Shown: in pieces, positions 46,429 to 55,731 of the stretch
Layout of the letters: each line of letters begins with the position of its first letter
Position numbering within the stretch: the first letter of the stretch is position 1
From: a virus
Taxonomy: Duplodnaviria; Caudoviricetes
Strand: one strand, 5' to 3'
Virus record (IMG/VR): IMGVR_UViG_3300037361_000044
Location: 126,299-190,298 of that record
Length of the DNA stretch: 64,000 nucleotides
Notes under the pieces: generated by a model
What the model was told of the DNA's origin: nothing
The model's database searches: none
What the model saw: only the letters and a program-made list of their open reading frames with translations
Made by a program: the position numbers and the translations under genes

Positions 46429-47299
46429 CGCCTTCGTAACTGGTCTGTTCGCAGCCGCTGAGAAGGGCAACTACCACTGGCAGGAGGGTGACGACTCCGA
46501 GATCTTCATCACGGATGAGCACCCCATCAAGACCACGTCCATTGGGGCGCGACCGGCGGTGTCGTTCACAAGAGGTCCCATTCAGTTCTACTCGCTGGGG
46601 CAGGACGACATGCTCAGCTACAAGTTCGACACGGGGAAGAAGACCAAGGGTGTCTTGATTCCTGGTGTCATGAGCATCAACTGCTGCTCGAGAAGTGACC
46701 TCGAAAGCGAGAACATCGCCTGGTGGATTGCCGAGCACATCTGGCTCCTGCGCGAGAAGCTGATGGGGGCAGGCCTGTTCTTCGAGATCGGAAGGCAGCC
46801 GCAGATCTCCGCCCCATCTCCTGCCGAGGGCATCGTTACGGGTGACGGAGGGGAGGAGTGGTACTGCACGACGGTTTCGTCACCCTTCCAGTTCCCCCGC
46901 ATGTCGCAATTCTCTCCCCTCAACAAGGACGTTGTAAACTCCATCGCTCTGCAGATTCAGCAGAAGATGCTCACCATGCGAAGTCTCGCAATGGGCGGGC
47001 CCTTGGCCAGCGCCAATGGGGTGGACCTGCCCTACAACGTGCAAGCGGACCCGCCTCCTGCCTTTTTCCCAGCAGCTACGGATGCCCGTGGGCGTCGGCC
47101 GGACCCTGGAGGTACCTTGCCTGCACCGCCTGTTTACGCGGCACACCCGCTAGATCCAGCACGTACCGTTGTTGTTCGGTCTGCCCACCCCTTCCGCCCA
47201 GGCCTGCGCCCGCTCTCAATGGGTGGCCGCGCTATTCCCATAGCCGAAGCCAGCGTGGAAGAATCGAGTTCGTCACCGCCTATCAAGACGCGAGTATGA
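46334..47299 (+). CDS. Putative tail completion/terminator protein
   Basis: RPAVSFTRG, MSINCCSRSDLESENIA; directly upstream of the sheath. Confidence 0.55.
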   Translation: MHSKPTRTNPGDQSPQESIRSTPLTQLRVLYNAFVTGLFAAAEKGNYHWQEGDDSEIFITDEHPIKTTSIGARPAVSFTRGPIQFYSLGQDDMLSYKFDTGKKTKGVLIPGVMSINCCSRSDLESENIAWWIAEHIWLLREKLMGAGLFFEIGRQPQISAPSPAEGIVTGDGGEEWYCTTVSSPFQFPRMSQFSPLNKDVVNSIALQIQQKMLTMRSLAMGGPLASANGVDLPYNVQADPPPAFFPAATDARGRRPDPGGTLPAPPVYAAHPLDPARTVVVRSAHPFRPGLRPLSMGGRAIPIAEASVEESSSSPPIKTRV

Positions 47300-47315
47300 A
47301 GGAAGGAGCCTTTCC

Positions 47316-50300
47316 ATGGCTGCAGCAGAGTTGCCCCGACCCGGCGTAGAGGTTGTACAAGTCATCCGCACGACCACCCCGACAGTGGTCACCCCAACGC
47401 TTGTCCCTTGCGTCGTCGGCGTGGCCAAGCAAATCGTAGAACTTTTGGAATCCGACGGCAGCGGAGGAAAGGTCTTGAATGGGGATGCGCTCATTGCGCT
47501 ACCCGCCTTTTTCTTGGCCAAAGACGCAACCGGGTCCACCGTCAAGGTGTATTCGGGGCTCGATGGGCTGTCGCTAGTCTTCGACGTCAACAACGGGCCG
47601 CCCGTAACCGCGTTGTTCGCTGACCTCACGGCCGCCGGGCTTACCCCAGCCACGGTTGCGTCCGTCATCAACAAGGCTTTGACGGCAGCTGGCGTCACCT
47701 CGGCACTTGCTGAGACGGTTGGCAATGCCTTCCGACTCCGCACGGTGGCCACCGGTCAGTACCAAAGCATTCGCATCGATACGACGACGTCGCCGGCAGT
47801 GCTGACGGCCTTTGGTATCGGCGCCGAGCGCACGTACACCGGGTCTGATTACTACTCGCAGCTCGAGGAGGTGATCCCTGTCACCAACTACCCCGATCCT
47901 CGCGGGAATCTGACGGAGCTGGCCATCGAAGCCGACACCGTCCGGGTGTTCTTGGCGATGAGCGCCACGAATTTTCTCGAAGTACTCCGCGACGAGTCCT
48001 TCCTGCGCAATGGTTCAGTGTCGACCGCGGCTGTCATCACGGGCAGCATCGACCTCTCCACGCTTACGTTGCCGGATGACCTCACAGGTAAGACCCTCAT
48101 CGTGGCCGTGGGTACGGGGGTGGACCAGACGGTCACCTTCACCGCGGGGGAGACTACCCCGGCGTTGGTAGTAGCTAAGGTGAACGCGTCAACCACTGGG
48201 TTGGTCGCGGACCTTACTGCCACCACGAATCACCTACGTCTGACCAGCGACGACACTGGTGCTTCTTCCAAGTTGACTGTCAAGGCAGGCGGCACTGCAA
48301 CCTCCACTATCGGTTTCGTCGATGGTCAGACGGATTCCGGTGAGTCCATCCAGGTTGTGGACGATGGCAACGGGGACAACTTCTCCCCCTTGCTGAAGTT
48401 CGCAGGCGTGGACTTCACGGCAGTTGGTACAGCCGCCGCCATCGTTGGTACTACCAGTGTCGCCACGCCCGCGGGGCTTGCCGGTAAGACCCTTGAGATC
48501 AGTGACGGCCAACAGCGGCAGACGGTGGAGTTCACCGCGGCGGCAGTAGACGAAGCCCACGTCCTCAGCGAGATCAATGCAGTGCTTGGTGCTGCCGCCG
48601 GCGGACGCCTCCTGGCAACTGCCAATGGTTCCCACTACTTGGTACTCACGTCCACACAGACGGGGGCTGACTCCATGCTGTGGGTTCGGAGTGGAACGGC
48701 TTTGACCCTCCTCGGCTTGACCGCCGATACCCGTGCGTACGGGGCCCTCGGTCATGTTGCTGCTGGCGACGAGCTGTACATCGACGGCGTGACCAAGGGC
48801 TTGGTTACCAAGGTCGCTCCCGGCGGCGCGGTGGACACCCTCAAGATCAACAGCCAACAGGTGCTCTCGACAAGTGCCGGCACCAACTGGCACATCATCG
48901 CGAAGAACCTGACGGGTACGGGCATAGACCGCCCCACCCCCGACCTGGTTGTGGACTCCCTCAAGACCGCCACGATCAAGAACACCATTCTGCGCAGCCC
49001 CATCGGCGTGCCCGTTCCTCCCACCCAGGGGCGAGCACCCGTTTACCTGGCCTACACGGCAGTTCGCAAGGACGTGTCGGCCTCGGCGACCAGCGCTGGG
49101 CTACTTCGCTTCGATGCGCAGTCGGTGCTGGAGAGCACGCTGTCCCCCGTGGACACGCGCAACCCCCTAGCTCTGGGCCTGTTCTTCGCCATGGTGAATG
49201 CGCCTGGTGTGCAGGTTACGGGTCTTGGTGTTGACGCGGTGAGCGAGGATGCCCCCTTCGGGACGGCAGAGGCGTTCACTCGCGCGGCGGAGTTCCTGGA
49301 GGCATACGAGGTCTACGCGATTGCCCCGTTGACGCATGACCAGACAGTTGGCCAGATCTTCAACACGCACGTCAGCTTCATGTCGGAGCCCGCCCAGAAG
49401 GGGGAGCGCATCGCTCTCTTCAACTCGGAGTCCCCCACCACGGCCGTCGACACCCTGGTGTCGTCTGGCGCTGACGGTAACACCGTAGGCAGCACCGGGC
49501 TGCTCTTCGATACGGGGATCCCCAACCTGTCGGCCTTGCTGATGAACAAGGGAGTCACCGCCATCGGTACCATCGCGACCGACATCGGCGTCTTCTTGGA
49601 CATCGCCAGCGACTCGAAGAACTACTCCATCGAGTCGGTGAGCGGCTCGGTGATTACCATCCGAACCAGCTTCACGCCGGGCACGAACGACGACGGGTTC
49701 TACGCAACCACGACGCTCAACACGCCACCGCTACCCTCGAGCCTCATCGCAGAGACCTTTGCCATCCGCATCCGTGGAGCAGCCTTGGTCACTACGACGG
49801 GTGCAGTGGACAAGCAAAAGGTTGCTGAGACCTACGCCGCGCTCAGCCAGTCCTACAGTAATCGCAGGTTCTGGCATACGGCGCCTGACCAGTGTGCGGC
49901 GACCATCGGTGGTGTGGAGCAGGTCATCAACGGCTTCTACATGAACGCTGGCATCGCCGGCATGATTGGGCAGCAACCTCCGCAGCAGTCCTTCACGAAC
50001 TTCCCGATGACCGGGTACACCCGTGTCCTTGGGTCGAGTAACTACTTCTCCGAAAGCCAGATGAACGTCATGGCTGGGGGCGGTACTTACATCATCGTGC
50101 AGGACGCTACGAGCGCGCCGCTCATCTCCCGCATGGCGTTGACGACCGACCTCACGTCGGTGGAGACCCGCACGGACTCCATCACCAAGGTTGTGGACTT
50201 CACGGCAAAGTTCCTACGGCGCGGCCTGAAGAACTTCATCGGGCGGTTCAACATCACGCAGGCCTTCCTTGACCAGCTGGGTACCGTCATCGGTGGCCTA

Positions 50301-50450
50301 GGTGGGTTCCTTGTGGAAGTCGGCGTCCTTGTTGGGTTCAACCTCAACAACATCATCCAAGACGAAGAGTCTCCTGATACCGTGTTGGTGGACGTGTTGA
50401 TCGATCCCCCCTACCCTTGCAACTACATCAGAATTACTCTTGTCATCTAG
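47316..50450 (+). CDS. Contractile tail sheath protein
   Basis: N-terminal PRPGVEVVQ, C-terminal SITKVVDF, FIGRFNIT, PPYPCNYIRITL. Confidence 0.9.
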   Translation: MAAAELPRPGVEVVQVIRTTTPTVVTPTLVPCVVGVAKQIVELLESDGSGGKVLNGDALIALPAFFLAKDATGSTVKVYSGLDGLSLVFDVNNGPPVTALFADLTAAGLTPATVASVINKALTAAGVTSALAETVGNAFRLRTVATGQYQSIRIDTTTSPAVLTAFGIGAERTYTGSDYYSQLEEVIPVTNYPDPRGNLTELAIEADTVRVFLAMSATNFLEVLRDESFLRNGSVSTAAVITGSIDLSTLTLPDDLTGKTLIVAVGTGVDQTVTFTAGETTPALVVAKVNASTTGLVADLTATTNHLRLTSDDTGASSKLTVKAGGTATSTIGFVDGQTDSGESIQVVDDGNGDNFSPLLKFAGVDFTAVGTAAAIVGTTSVATPAGLAGKTLEISDGQQRQTVEFTAAAVDEAHVLSEINAVLGAAAGGRLLATANGSHYLVLTSTQTGADSMLWVRSGTALTLLGLTADTRAYGALGHVAAGDELYIDGVTKGLVTKVAPGGAVDTLKINSQQVLSTSAGTNWHIIAKNLTGTGIDRPTPDLVVDSLKTATIKNTILRSPIGVPVPPTQGRAPVYLAYTAVRKDVSASATSAGLLRFDAQSVLESTLSPVDTRNPLALGLFFAMVNAPGVQVTGLGVDAVSEDAPFGTAEAFTRAAEFLEAYEVYAIAPLTHDQTVGQIFNTHVSFMSEPAQKGERIALFNSESPTTAVDTLVSSGADGNTVGSTGLLFDTGIPNLSALLMNKGVTAIGTIATDIGVFLDIASDSKNYSIESVSGSVITIRTSFTPGTNDDGFYATTTLNTPPLPSSLIAETFAIRIRGAALVTTTGAVDKQKVAETYAALSQSYSNRRFWHTAPDQCAATIGGVEQVINGFYMNAGIAGMIGQQPPQQSFTNFPMTGYTRVLGSSNYFSESQMNVMAGGGTYIIVQDATSAPLISRMALTTDLTSVETRTDSITKVVDFTAKFLRRGLKNFIGRFNITQAFLDQLGTVIGGLGGFLVEVGVLVGFNLNNIIQDEESPDTVLVDVLIDPPYPCNYIRITLVI

Positions 50451-50459
50451 TTATCTGTG

Positions 50460-50512
50460 GAATAGGTAGACACTAAATGGTATAAGGGTTCTGAGAGGAA
50501 CCCTTACCCATG
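50460..50512 (+). promoter_or_regulatory. GAA-N19-ATAAG promoter-like motif overlapping an RBS-sequestering hairpin of the HNH gene
   Basis: TAAGGGTTC-TGAGAG-GAACCCTTA perfect 9-bp stem covering GAGAGGA; ATAAG at 50482-50486. Confidence 0.65.
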
Positions 50513-51319
50513 ACTGAGCGACAACCGGGACGACCGCCAAGAGACCAATGGCCCAACTGCAAGGTACAAAGCTGCGAGAACAGCACCAAGGGAGGTTCCT
50601 TTGGGCTCTGTCGGCAGCACTACATGCAGTGCAGAAACGGGATTATCGACCGCGACGGGAATCAACTGCGAGAGCTGCAACGTGTTCCGAGTTACGGACC
50701 AGGCGCCACCTGCTCCATTGTTGGGTGCTTCAATCGACCAAAGGCAGGCGGCCTTTGCCACGGGCACTGGCAGCGTCAACAGAAGGGCCAAGACGTATCC
50801 ACCGTTCTGGCATTACCTCGCGGGCAAGCTCCGAGCATGGTGGTGTGTTGTGCTCCTGGCTGCGACGCACGCGCCAGCAGCCATGGGATGTGCCATCGGC
50901 ACGCGCAGAAGCGAAGCAGAGGATTGATCGACGAGGCAGGGAATCCTTTGCGGGATCCACTACCTGGCGGGAAGAAGCACGTGGACGGACCTGTGCGGGC
51001 TCCGGGTGGCTACCTGTTGGTGGTAGCGCCCAGCGGGTACCAAGGGCGTACCAAGGACGGGCGTGTGCTCGAGCACAGGTTGGTAGTGGAGCAGCAGATC
51101 GACAGGCTTCTTTACGAGTGGGAGATTGTGCACCACAAGAACGGCGTGCGCACAGACAACCGCCCAGAGAATCTTCAGGTATTAGACGGGCGCGCCCGAA
51201 AGGGAGAGGGGCATTCTCCTGGGCACATGCCGTCCATGGAAGACTTGCAGGCGCACCTGGATCAGCTGAAGTTCAACGACCCCGCAGGATATGTCCGATT
51301 ATTGGACCAACTGCGGTAG
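50510..51319 (+). CDS. HNH homing endonuclease with three C-x4-C...C-x2-H repeats
   Basis: VLEHRLVVE..I.R.L...EIVHHKNGVRTDNRPENL. Confidence 0.88.
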   Translation: MTERQPGRPPRDQWPNCKVQSCENSTKGGSFGLCRQHYMQCRNGIIDRDGNQLRELQRVPSYGPGATCSIVGCFNRPKAGGLCHGHWQRQQKGQDVSTVLALPRGQAPSMVVCCAPGCDARASSHGMCHRHAQKRSRGLIDEAGNPLRDPLPGGKKHVDGPVRAPGGYLLVVAPSGYQGRTKDGRVLEHRLVVEQQIDRLLYEWEIVHHKNGVRTDNRPENLQVLDGRARKGEGHSPGHMPSMEDLQAHLDQLKFNDPAGYVRLLDQLR

Positions 51320-51324
51320 TATCT

Positions 51325-51359
51325 GAAAGACGCGGTGTCCCCGCTTCTTTCTTAGCCCC
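51325..51359 (+). terminator. Terminator-like hairpin-TTCTTTCT-TAGCCCC
   Basis: GCGG-TGTCC-CCGC followed by a pyrimidine tract and TAGC. Confidence 0.55.
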
Positions 51360-51371
51360 GGAGTTTTGCTG

Positions 51372-52199
51372 ATGGACCTCGACAAGTTCAACGTAGCGGT
51401 GCACCGCGTCCAGGCCGGGCAGTTCCTTCGAGAGAAGACTGCCTCGGTCGTGGGCGTGAGTGCCATCGACGCCGCGCTACAGGCGCGCGCTGGGCAGGCG
51501 GAAGACCCCGACCTGCTCAAGATCGCCACGCAGCTCTGCCCCGAGGATGCCCTTGGGTTTTACATGAAGCTGGGTGGTCAGCTAAAGGTTGCGGAGCCTC
51601 CGCCCCCTCCAGGTGTTTCGTTGAAGGAGTGGGACAAGAAGCTCCAAGAGGGGCCTGAGAAGACAGCAGGGGATGTGGTGAAGTTCACCCGACCCCTAGC
51701 TTCGAAGGTCAAGGACTTGGCGAAGAAGGTCCTTCCAGCGGCTAACGGCACTGTGCGCAAGGTGGACTTCACCAACCCAGAGGGTGTGCGTGGGGCGCTG
51801 AGTAAGGCACGTGACGCGACGGCAAGGGCCGCACATAACGCCAAGGCCATGAAGAATGGCAAGCCGTCGTCTTTGTCCGACACCTTGAGCTATGCCAAAG
51901 GTGCTTTGCCCTTTGCCGGTGCCGCTGCGCTAGCTGGTGGCGTCTCAGGGCACATCCGAGGTAAGGTCACCTCTGCGTCTGACCGGCGCAAGGAGGAGGC
52001 TAAAGCTGGACCTATCGGCCGCGCCATCATCCGACATCCAGCCCTGGCTGGAGCCGCCTCCGCTGGAGCCGGCACGATGCTCGGTCTGCACGCCAAGACT
52101 TTTCCTGGTGCGTTGGCGGGCGCTGTAGCACCTGGTCTAACTGCTCTTGGTGCCGACCGAGTGTTGAAGCATTTTGAGGATAAGAAGAAGGGGCGCTAA
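51372..52199 (+). CDS. Putative internal head protein with K-x-A sites and hydrophobic glycine-rich C-terminus
   Basis: EKTAS, KIAT, KVAE, EKTAG; ATG 51372 after GGAG. Confidence 0.6.
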   Translation: MDLDKFNVAVHRVQAGQFLREKTASVVGVSAIDAALQARAGQAEDPDLLKIATQLCPEDALGFYMKLGGQLKVAEPPPPPGVSLKEWDKKLQEGPEKTAGDVVKFTRPLASKVKDLAKKVLPAANGTVRKVDFTNPEGVRGALSKARDATARAAHNAKAMKNGKPSSLSDTLSYAKGALPFAGAAALAGGVSGHIRGKVTSASDRRKEEAKAGPIGRAIIRHPALAGAASAGAGTMLGLHAKTFPGALAGAVAPGLTALGADRVLKHFEDKKKGR

Positions 52200-52233
52200 G
52201 CCCTGCATGGTAGATTGGTAGAAGGAGAACGAC

Positions 52234-52998
52234 ATGGCTGGCAACTTCAGTGACTGGAGCCCCTATTCGAACTACGTGCAGGCCGGCATGGTGGATGGGG
52301 CGTATGCAAACGCTGGCTTCACCATGTTGGCGGCAGGCCCTCCTCGTATCGCCAACATCGGCGGTGCTGCTGCTTTCGCGCAAGCGGTGAGCGGTACTGG
52401 GCAGGCAGCAAACCAGATTGTACTGCCCATCGGCATCGTACAGAACTTCAATCTGTCGCACACCCGACAGTTCAACCGCATCTTTGAGATCGGTTCGGAG
52501 CGCAGCTACTTCATCACGGGTCGCACCGTGGGGCAGTTGGGCTTGGGCCGCATCTACTACCATGGTGCATCGCTCCTGCGCTTGCTGTACTCCTACTACC
52601 AGGACTTGCTGCCGCCCACCGTGGTGCCGGCGATGTTCCTCAACGCAGGGTCTGCCAGCGTCTCGAATCCGCACAACGTGGTCATCCCGCCTGGGTACGA
52701 GAACATCTACCTCAACCTGGCCTCCGACCTCTTCACGCAGCCCATTGGCATCCTGATGTACATCCGCGACATCAACCAGGATGCTCTCGGTGCTGTGTAC
52801 TTTGAGGCCTGCTATCTCCCGAACCACACCTGGGCGACTGACGCGCAGGGCGTGCTCATTCAGGAGTCGGTTGCGGTGCAGTTCGAACGCGCGGTACCCG
52901 TGGCGATCTCGGCACTCACCCTCATCTCCAGCGCCACGAACCCGAACGCGGGTGGCGCTAACACCTCGGCCACCTTCCTTGGTCTACCTGGGTCGTAA
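52234..52998 (+). CDS. Tail tube protein
   Basis: PIGIVQNFNLS..RQFNRIFEIGSERSYF, YFEACY, LIQESVAVQFER; AAGGAG RBS; downstream of sheath. Confidence 0.8.
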   Translation: MAGNFSDWSPYSNYVQAGMVDGAYANAGFTMLAAGPPRIANIGGAAAFAQAVSGTGQAANQIVLPIGIVQNFNLSHTRQFNRIFEIGSERSYFITGRTVGQLGLGRIYYHGASLLRLLYSYYQDLLPPTVVPAMFLNAGSASVSNPHNVVIPPGYENIYLNLASDLFTQPIGILMYIRDINQDALGAVYFEACYLPNHTWATDAQGVLIQESVAVQFERAVPVAISALTLISSATNPNAGGANTSATFLGLPGS

Positions 52999-53378
52999 TG
53001 GCAGCCAGTACCAACCCCTTTACGGTGCAAGGCACCTTGCTCTTTCCCCCCGACGAGGGGCAGGCGCAGGTGTCTATCCCGTTCGGTCTCAGCAATCAGT
53101 TCACGTCCGTCCTCGATACGAGGTTGAACATGACTGGAGCTGGGACCACCGCGGTTCCATTCGGTTCCGTGGCAAACGCCAAGCTCTTGTTGCTGGAGTA
53201 CGAGGCCGCGGCAGGCGCAGCCCCGATCAACCTCAACGTGAATGGCGGCACGGACGACCTGGAGATTGCCCCTGGAGGCATGCTCCTCATGGCAAGCCCT
53301 ACGCCCCAGGCGGGCTGGGCAAGTCTTTCAATCGTCCGGACAACTGATGCGGTAGTTCGCGTTCGCCTCCTAGGCTGA
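52998..53378 (+). CDS. Small beta-rich virion protein
   Basis: Coupled to tube gene (TAATG). Confidence 0.65.
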   Translation: MAASTNPFTVQGTLLFPPDEGQAQVSIPFGLSNQFTSVLDTRLNMTGAGTTAVPFGSVANAKLLLLEYEAAAGAAPINLNVNGGTDDLEIAPGGMLLMASPTPQAGWASLSIVRTTDAVVRVRLLG

Positions 53379-53390
53379 TATCCTACGGGG

Positions 53391-53996
53391 GTGGAAGCTC
53401 CTAAGCCCCCGTTGCTTCGCCGTACGAAGAGCTACGACGACTTGAAAGCAGTGTCCGATCAGGACGCTGCTGAGTCGCGTGCGCGTGCAGCCCTTCGGCA
53501 GCTTGAGGAAGAGCAGGCACGTGCCGACGTTCTGGAGCAAGAGCTTGCGGCCGCCAAGGCTACTGCGGCGCACAACGCCATCTCGGTGTCCCCGGATGCG
53601 GTCACTGTGCGGCGCAACGGTAAGAAGTTCGTCATTCCGTTTGCCTTGCTCATGGCTGTGACCCCACTGGTCTGGACTGTGGTCATGGACTACGTGGAGT
53701 TGAAGAGGGCTGCCAAGGAGCAGAAAGACGCCTTCGCAACCACCGCGGCGCGCATAGATACCCTCGAGTGGAAGCTGTCCGAACAGGCCAGGGATAACGC
53801 GTCCTTACGCGAGACTGTTGCTCAGCTGTCCGGGTACCTGGCTGGGGTGCTTCCAAAGGCGGGGGTAACTGTGCCTGGGGCTGCGCCAGGGGCTTCACGG
53901 ATGGCCATTGTCTCCGATCCATTGCCGCTGGGCGCCAAACGGCAGACTCCCGTCAACGTGCGCACGCCTGTCCCTGCGCCGGCTCCGCGTCCTTGA
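53391..53996 (+). CDS. Single-TM protein flanked by coiled coils (possible lysis or membrane protein)
   Basis: FVIPFALLMAVTPLVWTVVM segment. Confidence 0.55.
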   Translation: MEAPKPPLLRRTKSYDDLKAVSDQDAAESRARAALRQLEEEQARADVLEQELAAAKATAAHNAISVSPDAVTVRRNGKKFVIPFALLMAVTPLVWTVVMDYVELKRAAKEQKDAFATTAARIDTLEWKLSEQARDNASLRETVAQLSGYLAGVLPKAGVTVPGAAPGASRMAIVSDPLPLGAKRQTPVNVRTPVPAPAPRP

Positions 53997-54034
53997 CCTG
54001 TCCTTCTGGCGAGGCCGCGGGTACACTCATCGTG

Positions 54035-54640
54035 ATGGCACCACATCCAGCCCTACTCACCAAGTCCGCGGAATGGTCCCCCATGAAGGGAGGGCTCCCT
54101 CTGGCGGCGCTGGCCGGTGGCCTTCTGCTGTATCACGGCATGAAGGGCAGCCAGCAACGGGATCAGGTGGGTGCCGAGCAGCAAGCGTTGGCACAGCGGG
54201 CGAATACTGCCGCAAACAATGCAGGTGTCGTCGCATCCCTTCGAGGTGGGGCGCCCCTGGACTCCGTTGGCTCCGCTATCTACAACAACGAGAGGGCGGC
54301 CAGTGGCGAGATCGGTGACTCCTTCATGTTCGACAAGGGAGCTGCCGCGCACATTGTTGAGGCTGGCCGATTGCTCGCAAAACGTGCGGGCATTGGCGGG
54401 GCAGTACTTGGTGGCATCAAGAACCTGGCAGGTGCTGGGATGGCGAAGATCCCCAAGGTGGGTTTGGGCACCAAACTCCTGGCTGGTGGGGCAGCGTTAG
54501 GCGCTGGCTATGGCGCCATGAAGGCAGGTAAGGGCCTGTACAACTACGGAATGAAGCCATCAGAGACGCGTACGCTCGGCGGTCACAACGCCGGGTTGCC
54601 GCAGTACACGAACCAGTTTGGTGTTCCAGAGATGGGTTGA
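54035..54640 (+). CDS. Putative internal virion protein with amphipathic/glycine-zipper modules
   Basis: TKSA|EW..., AKRA|GIGGAVLGGIKNLAG; likely ATG 54035. Confidence 0.6.
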   Translation: MAPHPALLTKSAEWSPMKGGLPLAALAGGLLLYHGMKGSQQRDQVGAEQQALAQRANTAANNAGVVASLRGGAPLDSVGSAIYNNERAASGEIGDSFMFDKGAAAHIVEAGRLLAKRAGIGGAVLGGIKNLAGAGMAKIPKVGLGTKLLAGGAALGAGYGAMKAGKGLYNYGMKPSETRTLGGHNAGLPQYTNQFGVPEMG

Positions 54641-54702
54641 CGTAATATGTAGGTACCAGGGCCGAGCAGGCCCGTTACCCTCGGCAAGCTACGGAGGAAT
54701 TC

Positions 54703-55731
54703 ATGTCTATCGGTTCTGGTCTATTCAGTACGGCACGCGCTGCAATCTCTCACCTCGTTCACCCCGGCGGTGGATTGGCTGGTGAGATCTGGGACGTTCG
54801 CAAGGACGTTACCGACACGTTGGCACCTGTCGCTGCCATCACGGTGGAGGAGTACACGAACGTCGTTGGCTCCGCCGCTCCTGGTGCGGCTGCACTCTTG
54901 GACGCTGCTGCCTCGGTAGCTGCCCCAGTCACCGTCTTGAAGGCGGCGATGAAGGTGGCTGGTCTTGCTCAGCTCGCGCTCTGCCCACGCGCTCTCACCA
55001 TCACTACGGCAGGCACAACCCCCGCGGATGCTCCTGCTACAGCTGCCGTCACGGGCAAGGATGCCTTGGGTGCCGCACAGACGGAAACGCTCACGGTCGC
55101 ACAGACGGCGACGTCGGCAACGACCACCAAGATCTGGAGCGACATCACCAGCGTCGTTTACCCGGCTGCCGAAGGCACCGGAGCGACCATGTCCATCGGC
55201 GTAGCGGCTGCCCAGCTCAAAGCAGCTACGGCTACCGTTGCGTCAGCTGTGACCTTGGCTGCGGCCGACTTGTTCCAGGGCATGCTGTCCACTGACGCTC
55301 CCCGTGCGTTGGTCTTCACGGTGGCTGGCACCACCCCTGCCGACGCCCCGGCTACGGCTACTGTCGTGGGTAAGGACGCGAACGGCGGCACGCATACGGA
55401 GGTTGTGACCCTGCCGCAGACGGCAACCACGGCAACCACCAAGTACTTCTGGTCGTACATCGCGTCTGTTGCGTATCCCGCGGCTGACGGCACCGGTGCC
55501 ACTGTGGCCATCGGCATCAGTGCTGCCGTCGGTCTCAAGAAGAAAGCCAAGACGCGTGCCGGTCTGACCGGCTGCATCCGTGAGATTGCGGGTGGGTCGG
55601 TGGTTACCAATGGCGTCTTGACTGCGCCTTCGACGACGGGCTTGCCGAATGGTAACTACGCACCGAACGCTACGTTTGATGGCGCCACGGACTTCGCCAT
55701 CTACTACGAGTTCGACGCCACGGCTAAGTAA
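54703..55731 (+). CDS. Ala/Thr-rich virion surface protein with tandem ~105-aa duplication
   Basis: PRAL..T.AGTTPADAPATA.V.GKDA.G...TE...QTAT.ATT..WS.I.SV.YPAA.GTGAT..IG occurs twice; GGAGG RBS. Confidence 0.7.
   Translation: MSIGSGLFSTARAAISHLVHPGGGLAGEIWDVRKDVTDTLAPVAAITVEEYTNVVGSAAPGAAALLDAAASVAAPVTVLKAAMKVAGLAQLALCPRALTITTAGTTPADAPATAAVTGKDALGAAQTETLTVAQTATSATTTKIWSDITSVVYPAAEGTGATMSIGVAAAQLKAATATVASAVTLAAADLFQGMLSTDAPRALVFTVAGTTPADAPATATVVGKDANGGTHTEVVTLPQTATTATTKYFWSYIASVAYPAADGTGATVAIGISAAVGLKKKAKTRAGLTGCIREIAGGSVVTNGVLTAPSTTGLPNGNYAPNATFDGATDFAIYYEFDATAK

Noticed and set aside
34515-47257. GCCAGCGTG shared upstream of the scaffold and sheath starts
   Set aside because: 9-mer inside coding sequence, also present mid-gene near 44292; chance is likely
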